From the NCBI RefSeq assembly GCF_964204645.1, contig NC_134027.1, forward strand, positions 8,464,485 to 8,528,484: a stretch of 64,000 nt of DNA, written 5' to 3'. Each line of letters begins with the position of its first letter. Position 1 is the stretch's first letter. Below, in pieces: positions 24,434 to 37,100 of the stretch. The translations under genes and the position numbers were made by a program. Under the pieces are notes generated by a model. The model searched no databases. It was not told the origin of the DNA and worked only from the letters and a program-made list of their open reading frames with translations. The stretch comes from Tubulanus polymorphus. Its lineage: Eukaryota > Animalia > Nemertea.

Positions 24434-27226
24434 TCATTGCCAAAAATCGTTTCCATTATGCCAGCCAGATTCGACTAAAGATTTGATGATTGACTGAGAA
24501 CGACCCGGCCAGATAGGATGTAGTTCTCGGCTCAACTTTTCAGCGATTTCCATCGCAGCCGTAGCAGGCGTAACATTTTCATCTGATGCTTGTTGAAGCA
24601 TTTTTTTGGTCATCACAAAAAGCTGGAACGAAAAAAATTAGAGAACTTTAAATTTCAACATCCTTCATAGGAATGAACAATCTTAACAATTCACATACAC
24701 AAAAACTTACTGAATTTTCCCACAAATGATCAAAATGTCGAATTATCGCAGGATCATCTGGTAATCTACCAAATGCTTCATTAGCACAGTTAACGATACC
24801 CTGCAATAAACAATACACATGATCATACCTACCAGTACTTATAAATGATACTTCTTCGAGTATCGGTTATGAAAATGTATAATGTATATTAACGCACCAT
24901 ACGGTTGGCCAAGAAATCAACAATGTACGTTATTCCCATGTCCTTCAACAGTTCGTTATCGTCATCGCAACCTAATTGGTTATTTGCCGCTCCGCAAACG
25001 ATTTTAGCTTGAATTTTTGGAATTGTCTCCTGGGTTAAAACCTAAAATTTGACATGATTAATATCGCTAATCAATATACATTTTTCTAGCACAAGATAGA
25101 ACCATTCGAGCATTGATACAAGCACTTACATTTCCAAGAGCACAAGGAGACAGGATATCACACGGATAAGACAGTACACTCAAATCATCTAGGGGAACCT
25201 TCTGGACAGTTAATCTACCACCGGCCTGTAAATACATGGTACAAATAATACAGGTTAATCAAAGATAAATAAAAATTTGAAAATGATGCTAATATCTTAT
25301 TACCACAAAATTCTCATTTCTCAATTGACTGCATAAGATTATTAATTTACCAGATCTTTGAACGAATCGGTAGCGTCTTGAACCCTCAACATGTTACAGT
25401 CCGTAACGTGGATGTGTTTAACACATTTTTTCAACAAAGTTTCAATCATTACGCGAGCAACATTTCCAGCTCCTTGTATAGCGATCGTTTTCCCTTCTAA
25501 ATCACCTAAATTCATGAAGTCTAAAGCACCTTCCATCGCAGCTACAACGCCTACAAAGACAATTAAGATGTTTTTGCCAAGATGGTATGATATTAGAAAT
25601 TCTTATTTAGAATTGAGGTCTTTGCTGAATGATGACAGTTGACGTTTATCAATTAAAACCCACCTTTTCCAGTAGCTACAGATGGGTTTCCAGATCCTCC
25701 AAGATCTTCCGATATACATGTTGTATATCGTGTTCGATGATGCACATTGTTCAGATCAGCTACATTCATACCAATATCTTCAGCAGCGACTTAAAATGAA
25801 ACATCAGAAAATCAACCTTCTTCACATTCTCAAATGTCGCATTTTCCATAATATCTATCTGAATATCTAACCAAATGCATTGTACCAAAGGTACATAAAG
25901 AGGGACCTCTTTATGTATTTTTGATTGTACTTAAAACTATTTCATAGAACTGGAGCCAATTCATGCTTTATCAAAACTGGTTCAAAATTCCTTTTATTCC
26001 AAAGATAATCTTATGATGCAATATCATAAAGCATTAGACAAAATATTCTTGTTCTCTAAACCTATAAAATCTTTTGATATTGGTTCCCTGTATAAAAACA
26101 TATTAAAATATCTAGGCTTATACATACTGTAACAGCCATTCAATGATGTCAAGAAATCCCCGTAATCATATAGCATTTTCTGTCTGAAATCTGGATCAAT
26201 GTGGCTTTTGTCTGAAGGTGCAGCGATCACTCCTTTCCCGCCACCTGCCCTACAATATCAAAGTAACCCTAGATTAGTGTTAAAGAAAACAAGCAGGATA
26301 ATAATCAATACGTCTCATGCATTCAGGCAAAATAATCCTTACCATAATCCAGCTAAAGCAGACTTGATTCCCATTCCGAGGGCTAATCTTAGACCATCTT
26401 TCAAATAATCCTCCATATTTTTGTATTCCCAAAGTCGGATTCCTCCACACTGCAATAAGCATTCAGATGATCATTCATTAACCAACACCGATCACGAACC
26501 CACATCTGTCAATTGAATGTAGTCTTAATTAATGAGTTTATTAAAGGAATATCGTTAAGGGAAATTTTCGCTTACCGCTTGTCCACGATTAGTGTTCCAT
26601 ACAAACGCCCCAAGCAGACAACCAGTTCTTTTACCGAGCTCCATAAAAACGCCTTCGTGCTCACGGTAATCGTAATGATCATTACCGAAGTAATCAGCTA
26701 TTTCTTGTAGTTCAGGATGAGAAACGATGGGAAGTCCTTTCACGTGGTCATGCACCATAAAACATCGATGAATATTGTGCTTTTGTAGATATGAAATGAA
26801 TTGTTGGGGTTTGAACTCCATAATGCCATTTTGCTTCTGTTCACTACCTGCTTCAGTTGATGAGAATCGGTTGCTTTTTTGTTGGATGATTTTGTCATGG
26901 TTTCTATAGAAATAAAAATTACAATAAGCATATTCAGTATTGCGCTACCAGCTACTCATTTTATACATCATAGGTCTACGTACTTAGGCCTTGCCGCCTT
27001 GGTATTAGAATTTTCGAAGCCTACTAGTACAGTCAGAGTCAGAAGAAGCAGAGCAGAGCCCGAAAAGGCCAAACGTCAAAATAATAAAGCAAATCGAATT
27101 GTAATCATTACTTTACCTTTGGTTACTTCTACTGGCAAGGGCTCTTACAGTACTTGACAGCTGTCGTTTAATGCATCCTCCCACGAATGACACTGGCAAA
27201 GATGGTCCCAAAATAAGTCTAATCAT
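24434..27226 (-). CDS. Leucine/valine/phenylalanine dehydrogenase-like enzyme (ELFV family) with a predicted mitochondrial presequence, 10 coding exons
   Basis: Spliced motifs GQA|CGGIRLWEY, GLRLALGMGIKSALAGLW|AGGGKGVI, YIAAEDIG, SGNPSVATGK|GV, IQGAGNVA, VTD and VCGAANNQL parallel Bacillus LeuDH. Exon 1 (27226-27117) joins exon 2 (26903-26576) in frame. The stop is at 24434. Confidence 0.9.
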
Positions 27227-27831
27227 GACAGTTGTAGCAAAGTACAGGCGGTGCAAAAGGAGGATGGTGCGACGGCCTTGCTTCCTAGGGAATAAAACAC
27301 GGAATAATCTATGAAATTAATCCATAATTTTGATCCGTCTTTTACTTTCTTTCGGTAGCATCACGGAATCACGGCTATTCAAGGTCGTTGCCCAGTACAA
27401 ATATAGCGCCTAGTTTGAGACCACAATTTAGGTTAGTAAAGCCGCAAAGAGCGTATGGCAGGACCAAAAACTGCACTAGAATGAACAAAATGGCTCAGAT
27501 TTAAGTTGCCATAGTTGAAAATAGGAGAAGATGACGAAGAAAAACCGCTGAGGCCCAAAATCTGCGTGGCGTGTCGATTTTTATTTATTTTGCCAATTTA
27601 TTTTGTGAATGAATTATGACAATAATTACGTAATCAGATTTTGTTTCCAAAGACTAACCCTATTGGATTGCACATTTAATCTCATGACAGGGTGGCCTTT
27701 GAGATGTTGCCTGGGCACTAAGCGGCCAGCGGGAGAACCCGTTTGTCACTCCACCTAATAACCCAAGGCACTGTAGTGTACTACTACTACTAGTGAAGCC
27801 ACTCTGTCTGACTCACATGTACTGGGATAAC

Positions 27832-27910
27832 CCTAGTCTGAATACCAGTCGTTGTTACGGTTCCCTTACAAACGTTGTTTGGGGAACAACGGCTAGGTAC
27901 TAGACTAGGA
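27832..27910. mobile_element. Small palindromic MITE-like element; a related copy lies at ~51387-51455
   Basis: Both loci share the pattern ctagtctgaataccagtcgtt ... aacggctaggtactagactag. Confidence 0.55.
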
Positions 27911-28161
27911 TAACCCCACCCCTCCTTCCTATAGGTTTGATTGTCAAAAGTTTGGTTGGGTATGTGTGGGACAAAAAACTTCTCAATATGTAGCTAAGAT
28001 AAGATGTTGGCTCACAACAACAGCCAAAATCTAATTCGTGTATATATGTGCTTATATATATATTTAACTCTGAAATTTCTTATTTTTACTCTAGGAAATG
28101 TAGGATTTTAACTAGTGGCCTGAATGATTGCCATATAGATAGTGATTGACCATCAAAATTC

Positions 28162-31100
28162 ATGATGAATAAAAGACACTCCGATGATATAAACTCTGTC
28201 TCTTCTAAGAGAGGTAAGATAGTAATAAGATAGGCATGATAATAAGTTTAAATTGTGTAGTAAGTCATAACAACAGCCAACTATCCAGCCAGGTTTAACC
28301 TGTTTTTCGGATGTATCATTCGTGTTGTTTGAACGCATGTAAACTTTTTTGGTTTCCAAAATATTTCATACCTCTCTGCAGTGTGTATGAAATGAAATTG
28401 AACAAAATGTAGATTATACGTCAATCTGTAAATCTTATAAATGATTGTAAATCTGATGACTTTCCTATTTCAGTTGTTAAAAAAAAGAAGCATTCAGCGC
28501 TGAATGCTGATGACCTTAATGATCAAACCATTTTTGGAAAAGTGGTCAAGAAAGCTGGTCTGAACCTTAAAGCTGGAATGCGGCCACACGAAATACGTAT
28601 GTGGTAGTGTTTTCATAACCTGCTCAATTTCATTTGATGAGATATTTATTCATTGCTCATTTATTTAATATTCTGTAATTATTGGTACACTTCTTACCTG
28701 AATCGGACCATATATTTTTCATTTTGTAGGTGTTGGACAAGTGTATTTTCAACGTAATATCCTGAATGTATTGGAACGAAATGATAACTATCCTCAAGTG
28801 AGTCATGAAGGATTATCAGTTTACTGTTAAGCCTGCCATTATAGAACACGAATTATAAATCTGAATTATTTTGGACCAGTAATTAAGTCAGTTTTAAAGA
28901 AATGTGTTTTGATGATTGTATTTTCCATAAATTTTAAGTGAATTGTAAAAATATCAAGATAAGATTAAAAAAATCCTTCTTAAACTTATCAACATGGATT
29001 GACTAATTATCGAGTTAGATTACTGGCATAAAAGCTTAAAAGTAACCGATAATGTTTTCCTTCATAAAATAGGTAATTGACGAATTTCTTGAGGCATTCC
29101 AGGAGCACATCACAGATTCAAGCAGGTATGATATAATGAGTCGAATTTCAATGCCGGAAAAAGCATTTATTTGTTGATATAAATGTTAATGTGAATAACC
29201 CTTTCACAGATTAAAGTCATCTCTGATGCCGACTGTAACAGCCATCGAATGTGATGCGAGGTAAAAAATCTTAAACTGATAAGTCTATTCATACCTACTC
29301 AGTCTATTATTTGGTTGTTTCATTTTTTGCAATATATTCTTTCAGTGCATCCGGTGGACGCCAGGAATGTTTGATCCGCCTTCTATTAGGCGTAGATTGT
29401 TTGCAGTCGAAATTAATGTCGATTTTACTGGAAAAATTGATGGATATTGCTGATGAGTAAGTGTGGCAGATACACATAATGACCCGACTGCCTTTTAGAT
29501 GATGAAAGGTAAACTGTTATTGAATGTCTAACTTACCGCTTTCAGGCCTTCTCAAATTGGACAGTCCATCAATCTGCCTCAACTTATGCTCAATCAATTT
29601 CGATGGTTAGATCTTGTTGTGGACTCGAAGGTAAGACGTAAAATCCTTTCGCTGATATAGTCATTTTACTCATGGATCTTCTTTTGGGTGGACAAGAAAC
29701 TATTAACAACATTGCAGTAAGACAGTAACGTAGACTGAATATTCATCGCCATGAAAAACTTAAACATTGGTGGATATCCTTATTGATTCGCTGCTCTTTT
29801 TCTAATGGTTTTCGTGAAATCTTTACTAGCTGTTTTGAAGATATCTGATTTGGTTGATACTTAGGATCAGTTTATCATTTCCGAATAGATTGTTCATGTT
29901 TGATCTTGTTTTCCATTTTCGTAACGAAGGCATGCTTGGATAAAATGTTCGACATGATTTGCGTCACGTCTGTTGAAGTCCAGAAAGAAATTATCGGCTG
30001 CATTCCAGAGCTCGTAGATGATGAGAGTCATGGTGAAATTGCTAGAAAATTACGAGACCTGCTCATTACTGATGGAGAACTTACCGTGCCTATTCTCGAT
30101 GCTTTGACAAATCTAAACCTAAAGGCTGATCTTCTCACCGAGGTTTGCCATGAGTTACATAACCTTGGAGTAATCACTGATTACCCCGAGATCTAACTAT
30201 CCATGATTCTTATCCAGTGAATCAATGCTATTGTTCTTTATGAATACGTAGGTACGAAGTTCAGTCATTGGTAACATGGCGTCTATGGATGTGGAAGATT
30301 TACCGGCAGTGGTGAAATTTCTGCTACAAAGTATCGGCTCACAGGATGCAGCAGAGGTAACAACGAAAATTAGTTTTTCTAGTTCGATTTAGATTTAAAT
30401 CTCTCATCAAAGTTTGTAGTTTCTATTCTTTCAATGGATTTCAGGTTATTAAAGACATGCGAGGAAAATTAGATTTTTCCACAACTTCGATAGAAACTGT
30501 CACTCAACAGAACAGAATGTCAGAAAGGTGCACAATCCCTCATTTATGTTTTGTTATCTATATTGCTTTGTATCAGCTCATTCATGCTTTTTTTCTGCAG
30601 CTCAAAACGTGGTTGTGAAGCACTTACTCTCGATGCAATCAAAATGGAGGTGTTGTTTCGTAAGAGTGTTGCAGATGCTTGGATTAAAGTAATTCAGGAT
30701 GTGCGGACGGCGTCAGATCACTGTGTCATCGATGTATTTTTGTTGTTAATTCTATACAATAATGCCCAGTCAAAGAGGAAGAATGCCGTCGAAAGTTTGT
30801 TCCGTAACAAGATTAGAGCAGGACACTTTACCGAGAACCTTTTGCAGACGGCATTCAGATCATACAGAAAGGTATGTTTTTATTAATAGAAATCTTGAGT
30901 ATAATGTTCAGTTAGGCAAACCTCTTATTTCATCAGAATGCACCTGGCAAGATATGCTCTGCACCTTTTATTTTCAGATACTGCGTGATTGTTTTAACAG
31001 TATATTGACACTTGCTGAAGTTCTCTTGCGGTCCCCTGAACCTGTTATTTGCTTCTTTGCTATGTCTATGTACAAACAAGCCGTTATAAACTTCGATACA

Positions 31101-34100
31101 GCATGTCAGCAGGTAATAATATGAACACTTTCACTTGTTTATTATCCAACTTTGAAGAAACAGTTATCTTAAAAAGTTTTCACGTTCTGTCGATATTATC
31201 TTTTTGTTAGGAAGTGATAGCTAATCTTGTTACCCATATTGGTAGTGGTGTTGAAGGTGAAGTTGATTCATCATTAGATATTCTCGGTTTTTTGGCTGAA
31301 AAACACTTCAAATTGTTGAGCCCTTTTGCCATATTCATTAAGGTTCGTAATTGAAACATTCTTTTTTCCAAAAAAAAGCTTATAGGCGATATTTCTTTTG
31401 TCACAATTTTGCTGTTAATATGTGAATGTTCTCTTTTCAGGGTGTTTTAGATCATTTAGACAATCTTTCCATGGGTCAGATCCGTAAATTGTATTCCACC
31501 CTCAGCATACTAGGCTTTTCTAGCCAAGATGAAGGTACTCTGATTCAGGTAAGGAAAGTTATTGAAAATCATTTAAGATTTTCTATTGGTATTAAATGTC
31601 TTTGTCTTTTTGGTCCACATGGGAAACCAATGTCCCTGTGGGCTTTTCATCCATTCATTCAAATTATCCAACCGTCCATTTGCCAGTAGATGGAACCAGT
31701 TTAGGTTTTGAAGTTTTGTAGGCATTCCAATGGATTGTCTGGGTACACGGTTTATGCATGTACCTCCCCTGGACACATTTCCACTTAAAAACTGCTCATG
31801 GTTAGATGTATGTTCACCAGTGGGCGTTGAATAGCAGAATAACATGGTATTTTCACATATAATTGGTACTTAGGCATGTTTTGTTACCACGATCAGTAGC
31901 AAAATTGTAGCTGATGACATGTTTCAAGGTAATTGGTTTCTGTATAAGTTAACCAGAGGGAGTTGAATAATGGAATAACATGGTTTTTCCATATAAGTTG
32001 GGACCTACTTGTATGCATATTTTGTAACCACATTAAATTGCAAAATTCTAGCAAGTTCTATGATTGTGATAAGTTTCATCGATCACTGTATTTGTTCACC
32101 TGTGTTGATAATTGAAACTGTCAGATTGTCAAGCATTTCACCAAGTGGGCTTGATGTCCCTTGACCGATTCGCTTTAGTATGCTTTTAGATAATGAATGC
32201 TGTATGATATTAAATTTTCATTTTTCATTGCCAGGATGATATGCATATAATCGTCAGAAAGCAGTTGTCCAATAACACACTCAAGTTAGTTTATAGTCAA
32301 GTCTTTTTCTACCTGATTCTTAAAGTGTAACACAATATGATACATATATTGCATCTTGTAGATATAAGAGAATGGGAGTTATAGGTGCTATAATGATGGT
32401 GAAGTGTCTAGGACGAGATAGGTAAGTCTTAAGAAAGCCTAGATTTTTAGATTTGTTTGTTAGATAGGGAATCCTTACATACTGCTATGTTTACTATACC
32501 ATGATTCATAGGTAGGTCAATTTGCATTAAGTTCAATCTTTTTATTATTCAGAAATGGAAAACTACCGGATGACATTTTCAGACAAGTTGTGAATTTGTT
32601 AAACTTGGTGAACACGAGCTGTACAAAATTCCCCGAAGCCTTGTGTTTATTCATAGACGAACTGTCGAATCTCATTCAGAGGAATTGCATTCACCAGCGA
32701 ATTGAAGTACTTATGAGATCAGGCTTAGTTGCCAGGAAAATACCTTCCACAAATCTTTCATGCAAGGTCCCTACGACTCCTTGATTCCTTTAAAACTCCT
32801 TCAAAACAGAAAATGCTTTTAGAGGTGCTTGAAACTCCTTTAATTTGAACAAAATGCCCAAAACTCCTTCAATTTTGAGAAATAGGCAATTAGAAATTTT
32901 TGTCTAATTTGTAGTTGTATTGTAGACTACCCCTTAATCGATACAGTTGGTACCTGTATTTTTTTTACCCAATTAGGCAGTTACTGAATTAGAAACCAAG
33001 TTTAGAAGTGTAAAGGATAAAAATTTGCAGAGAGATGTACCGATTTAGGAGGAGTTTACTGTAGTTGAGATATGAAAGTGATGCAGACACTTCCTCGAAA
33101 TTTGAAATTCGAAATTTTCTCCTCTTAAACTCCTTATATCCAGAAATGAATGATCTGTAGGAACCTTGTCATGAGAAAAATTTAACGCCAACAGAAGTGA
33201 AGAGTCAGTTCCTAAGTTGTTATCCAATTTGTGTAATTTTTCAGAACTGGGTGAATGATAATGTTATAAAAGATTTTGAAGATGATGTTGTCGTGGATTA
33301 TACACCAGATGAAGACTTAGGGTAACCCTATGCACCTTATACATATTTCCATCTGGAAAATTATATTTGAAATAATGTAGATATGTATATATCAACAATT
33401 AGTACTTTTATATATGATTTTAGAACAAATATTCTACCGATGGAGATATTGTACAACCTGGATGACGATTCAGAAGGTGGAATAGCCGTAAATATTCTTC
33501 CAATTGCTGTTAATTATCTCTCCAAATCTAAAGTAGACAAAGCAAAAAACTCGAGGTAACCACCATCATCATTAGTTGATCTTTAGGTTGTTTTTTGGTT
33601 GCAGATAAATATCTATATGTCTTATGTACCGCAGGGTTATTTCGCCATTGTGTATTGTTCCACAGTACAGATTATTGAAAGTCTGCACATCGCAGGCTCA
33701 TGAAGGTGACCTGGAAGAAATCAGTGCTACTTTGGGTAAATATCATTCATATTCCTGTTGGATGTCTACTGATTAAGTATCGTAGATGTGGGTTGTATGT
33801 ATTCCTGGCCAGCCTGTCACAGTCATCATGAGAATGTATTTCTATCATTTTGTTACAAATTGTTTGAATGATGTACCGGTACATATATATGTGAACATTC
33901 GAGAACTGAAAATGCATTTCTTTTTGATAAAGGTTGCCCATTGATTTTGCCTGCACATCATTTATACGACAAGCTGGAGTCACTGAGTCGGCAAGAGAAG
34001 GAACTCATATGCGCCACATTGTTTTATGCTCATAACTGGTTCATTGAGGTATTTCTGTGTGAATTACGGTGTGATAAATCTTCTTCCTGCTTGTCAGACT

Positions 34101-37100
34101 TAGTCTAGATATTTGGAAAAATATCTATATTTTTCCAGGCCATTAATTCTTTCGCTGAAGTCACTGATGCTGATTTAAAGGCTAAAGTGATCAGCAGACT
34201 TCACAATATTATAGAGGTCCGGAAACTTCTGCAAAAAGCACTTGCAGGTGGGTACGCTTGCAACTTAACTATCCGCAACCAAAGATCATTGTTTGAAATA
34301 CCGGTAAGAACGTTCGCATTGTATACTGTTTAGTGACTCCGAATTTCAAGCCACCCCCTGCATGTTTCGATGTATCTGATGACGTTCAGCCTCCGCTAAC
34401 TGGTGGAACTTCACAAGGAAAGAAAGTTGGCAGAGGAAAGAAGAGGTGAAATTAAATCAATTTTTTATCTGTTAAGGAATGTATGAATTATTCTTTCATA
34501 GCATATACCGTGAATTGCGTCAGACTTTGAAATAGCAGTTTCTTCTCTTCAATAAGGAAATCTGGTAAAGAAAATAAAGGGGATGATAGCATTGTTGCCA
34601 CTCAGCTTGATAAGGTAATAAATAATGAATCAGGATCATGCATAATTCTGTGTACAGTGAGTACCCTAATTGTTTAGCTCATGCATTCTCTTATACCTTT
34701 ATATTAGACGATGGATACTCAGATACAGGATAAATCAGTTTTAGAAACACAGCAAAAACCGACTGATAAAGCCAGTAGTAGCGCATGTACAGTTGATCTG
34801 ACGTTATACTACAAATATTTCAGGTAAATCAAAATCGCCCTACAACAGAGGAAAGCCGAATCTGGGCTTCTAGTGTATGTTATAATTCTTTTATTTTTCA
34901 GGGAGCTAGACATGGGTGTATTTAAGATTCTTAGAAGTGGTGCTATATCTAAGTCTTCTCTTAATGACAAGGTTTGTTGGTTGTAATGCTTTCCTGTAGA
35001 TAAATTCATTTTACGGTACTGCATAATTTCAAGTTTGATTTGTTTGTCTAGGAAATGACAACTCATCGGGTTCAACCGGCTGAACTTGAATTTCTGTTGA
35101 GGGATTTGACCCGAAAACTGGAGCATTCATTAATTGCTTCGGTTTGTAAAAGACGCAGCTTTTTAAAGGTTCGTTTCCTTTCTGATCGCTGAAAATTCAC
35201 ATGAATCCTTACATGAAATGATGAAAAATGTACATGCAAGATGAAGAATTTCCTTAGATTCTTAAGTAAATGATTATTATCTTTAGACCAAAGCGGACAA
35301 AAATGCTGGATTTTCGCTGTTGAATCTACACACACCGCAACGTGTAGCTGAACTCGCCGTGAAACTATTGCCTACAATTTGCGATCATATCGAAGGAGCT
35401 TCGGCATTTTTCCAGACTCTGATGGCTGAGAATGATGGGATAATGGATGGACCGGGCAGTCACTCGATTGAAGCGATCCAGATTGGGAATTGTTTATGTC
35501 TTCTATTAGAATCCCTAACAATTATCTTAAGCTGGTGAGATACTCAGATTTCAAAAGAAAATTTTAGGGTATTATGGGTAAATGAATTGTGATGTAATTG
35601 AATGAAAATAACTGTAGGAATGGTTTAGTTATGCCAGAGAATACTAGCCTGTTGAAGGATGCTCTCCTAGCCATTAGTTCTCGTACTACCACGGATAATA
35701 TTTCTCAGCTTCCCATGCAATCTATGGTCAAGTGAGTTCATAACATTACATCGAGACATACATCATCTATCGTATCAATGATATTGTTTATCATGTCAAT
35801 TTAAATCATATCATATATTTGTGACAAGAAAATAAATTTGCTTTTAGGCAAACGTTCAAGTATATCGAAGGATTTTCAACATCTTTACCTACACTGATGT
35901 CTGCTGTTAGTACTTGCAAACTGCTGGTTGTTGTCGCCAAAAAAGCCAGAATTCAACAGCTTAATTCACAAATCGGTATGCCTTCCTTCTTACACTGGCC
36001 CCATTCATCAGTTTGAAGATTATGCCTAAGAAACATTATAAATACTTCTGCTTTCTGTATATTGCGATAAATGTCTTCTTAAGTCTTTGATTAAGATTCT
36101 TATTAGTAGAGTTTCCTGATCAAATTTGGCATTCGATAGAGATACTTATGTCACATGTCGTTTTTCAGGGGCTTTAGCTAAAAGCTTCTTACATCAAGAA
36201 TGGATGGGTGCAGATGGTGAAAGGGAGAAAGGGTCACAGTGCAATGAAAATTTACAAACATTACTCAAATTATTTCTTACTTACTCCGAAGACAATCTGG
36301 CTGCGTTGGAGAATCTTGCTGTAGTTGCCATGCCGGAGATTTTAGAAGGGGATAGGAACACTAGCTCTACAACCTATCCTACCCTGAACAGGTATAAGGG
36401 ATTATTTGTTAAAACGTATAATTCATTCATAGGGTGCATTTAGATATCACTGGACGGAGATTTTAGTTAAGATATCTTGAGTAGACAAGCCACATTTTTC
36501 GATTAGTAATTGTAAGGCTCAAATGATCGAAAATACTAAAAGGTTATCATGGTCTTATGTATTAAAGGAGCACTTATCCTGTATTTTACCGATCAATGTT
36601 GACTGAACTTGTGAACTGTGTGAGAAGTTTGGATCCAGTAAAATTGACGGATAGAATCCAGGTTAGATTTCTGTTTTCCCATGCATTCAAGCCCATTCAT
36701 TAGTTTACAGTACATGTTCAATAATATTTAGAGAAATTTTGGTTGCAGGTGAAAATGCAATATTTTGTCAAGTGGAATCTGGCTGTTCGTATATTCCAAA
36801 TATTAGTAAACCTAATAAAGGTATATAATATGCCGTAGATCTCATTTAATGGGTGTTTATTTCTATAGTATTGGACTATTCTATAATGAACTATGATTTA
36901 ATTTCAGGCCTTTGATGCCCGGTCAAACCTGAATTCTTTGTTGAAGGTGAGTTAGGAATCTTGCATTAGTCGCGTAATACCCACATAATGTAAACTATAT
37001 TTAGATTGTGGAGCTTTCAAATTTTGTATTTTGATTCATTTCAGTCTGGACGGTTGTTTCTGGAGATATTTATGCGACATGGAATGCCTGTACTCGATAA

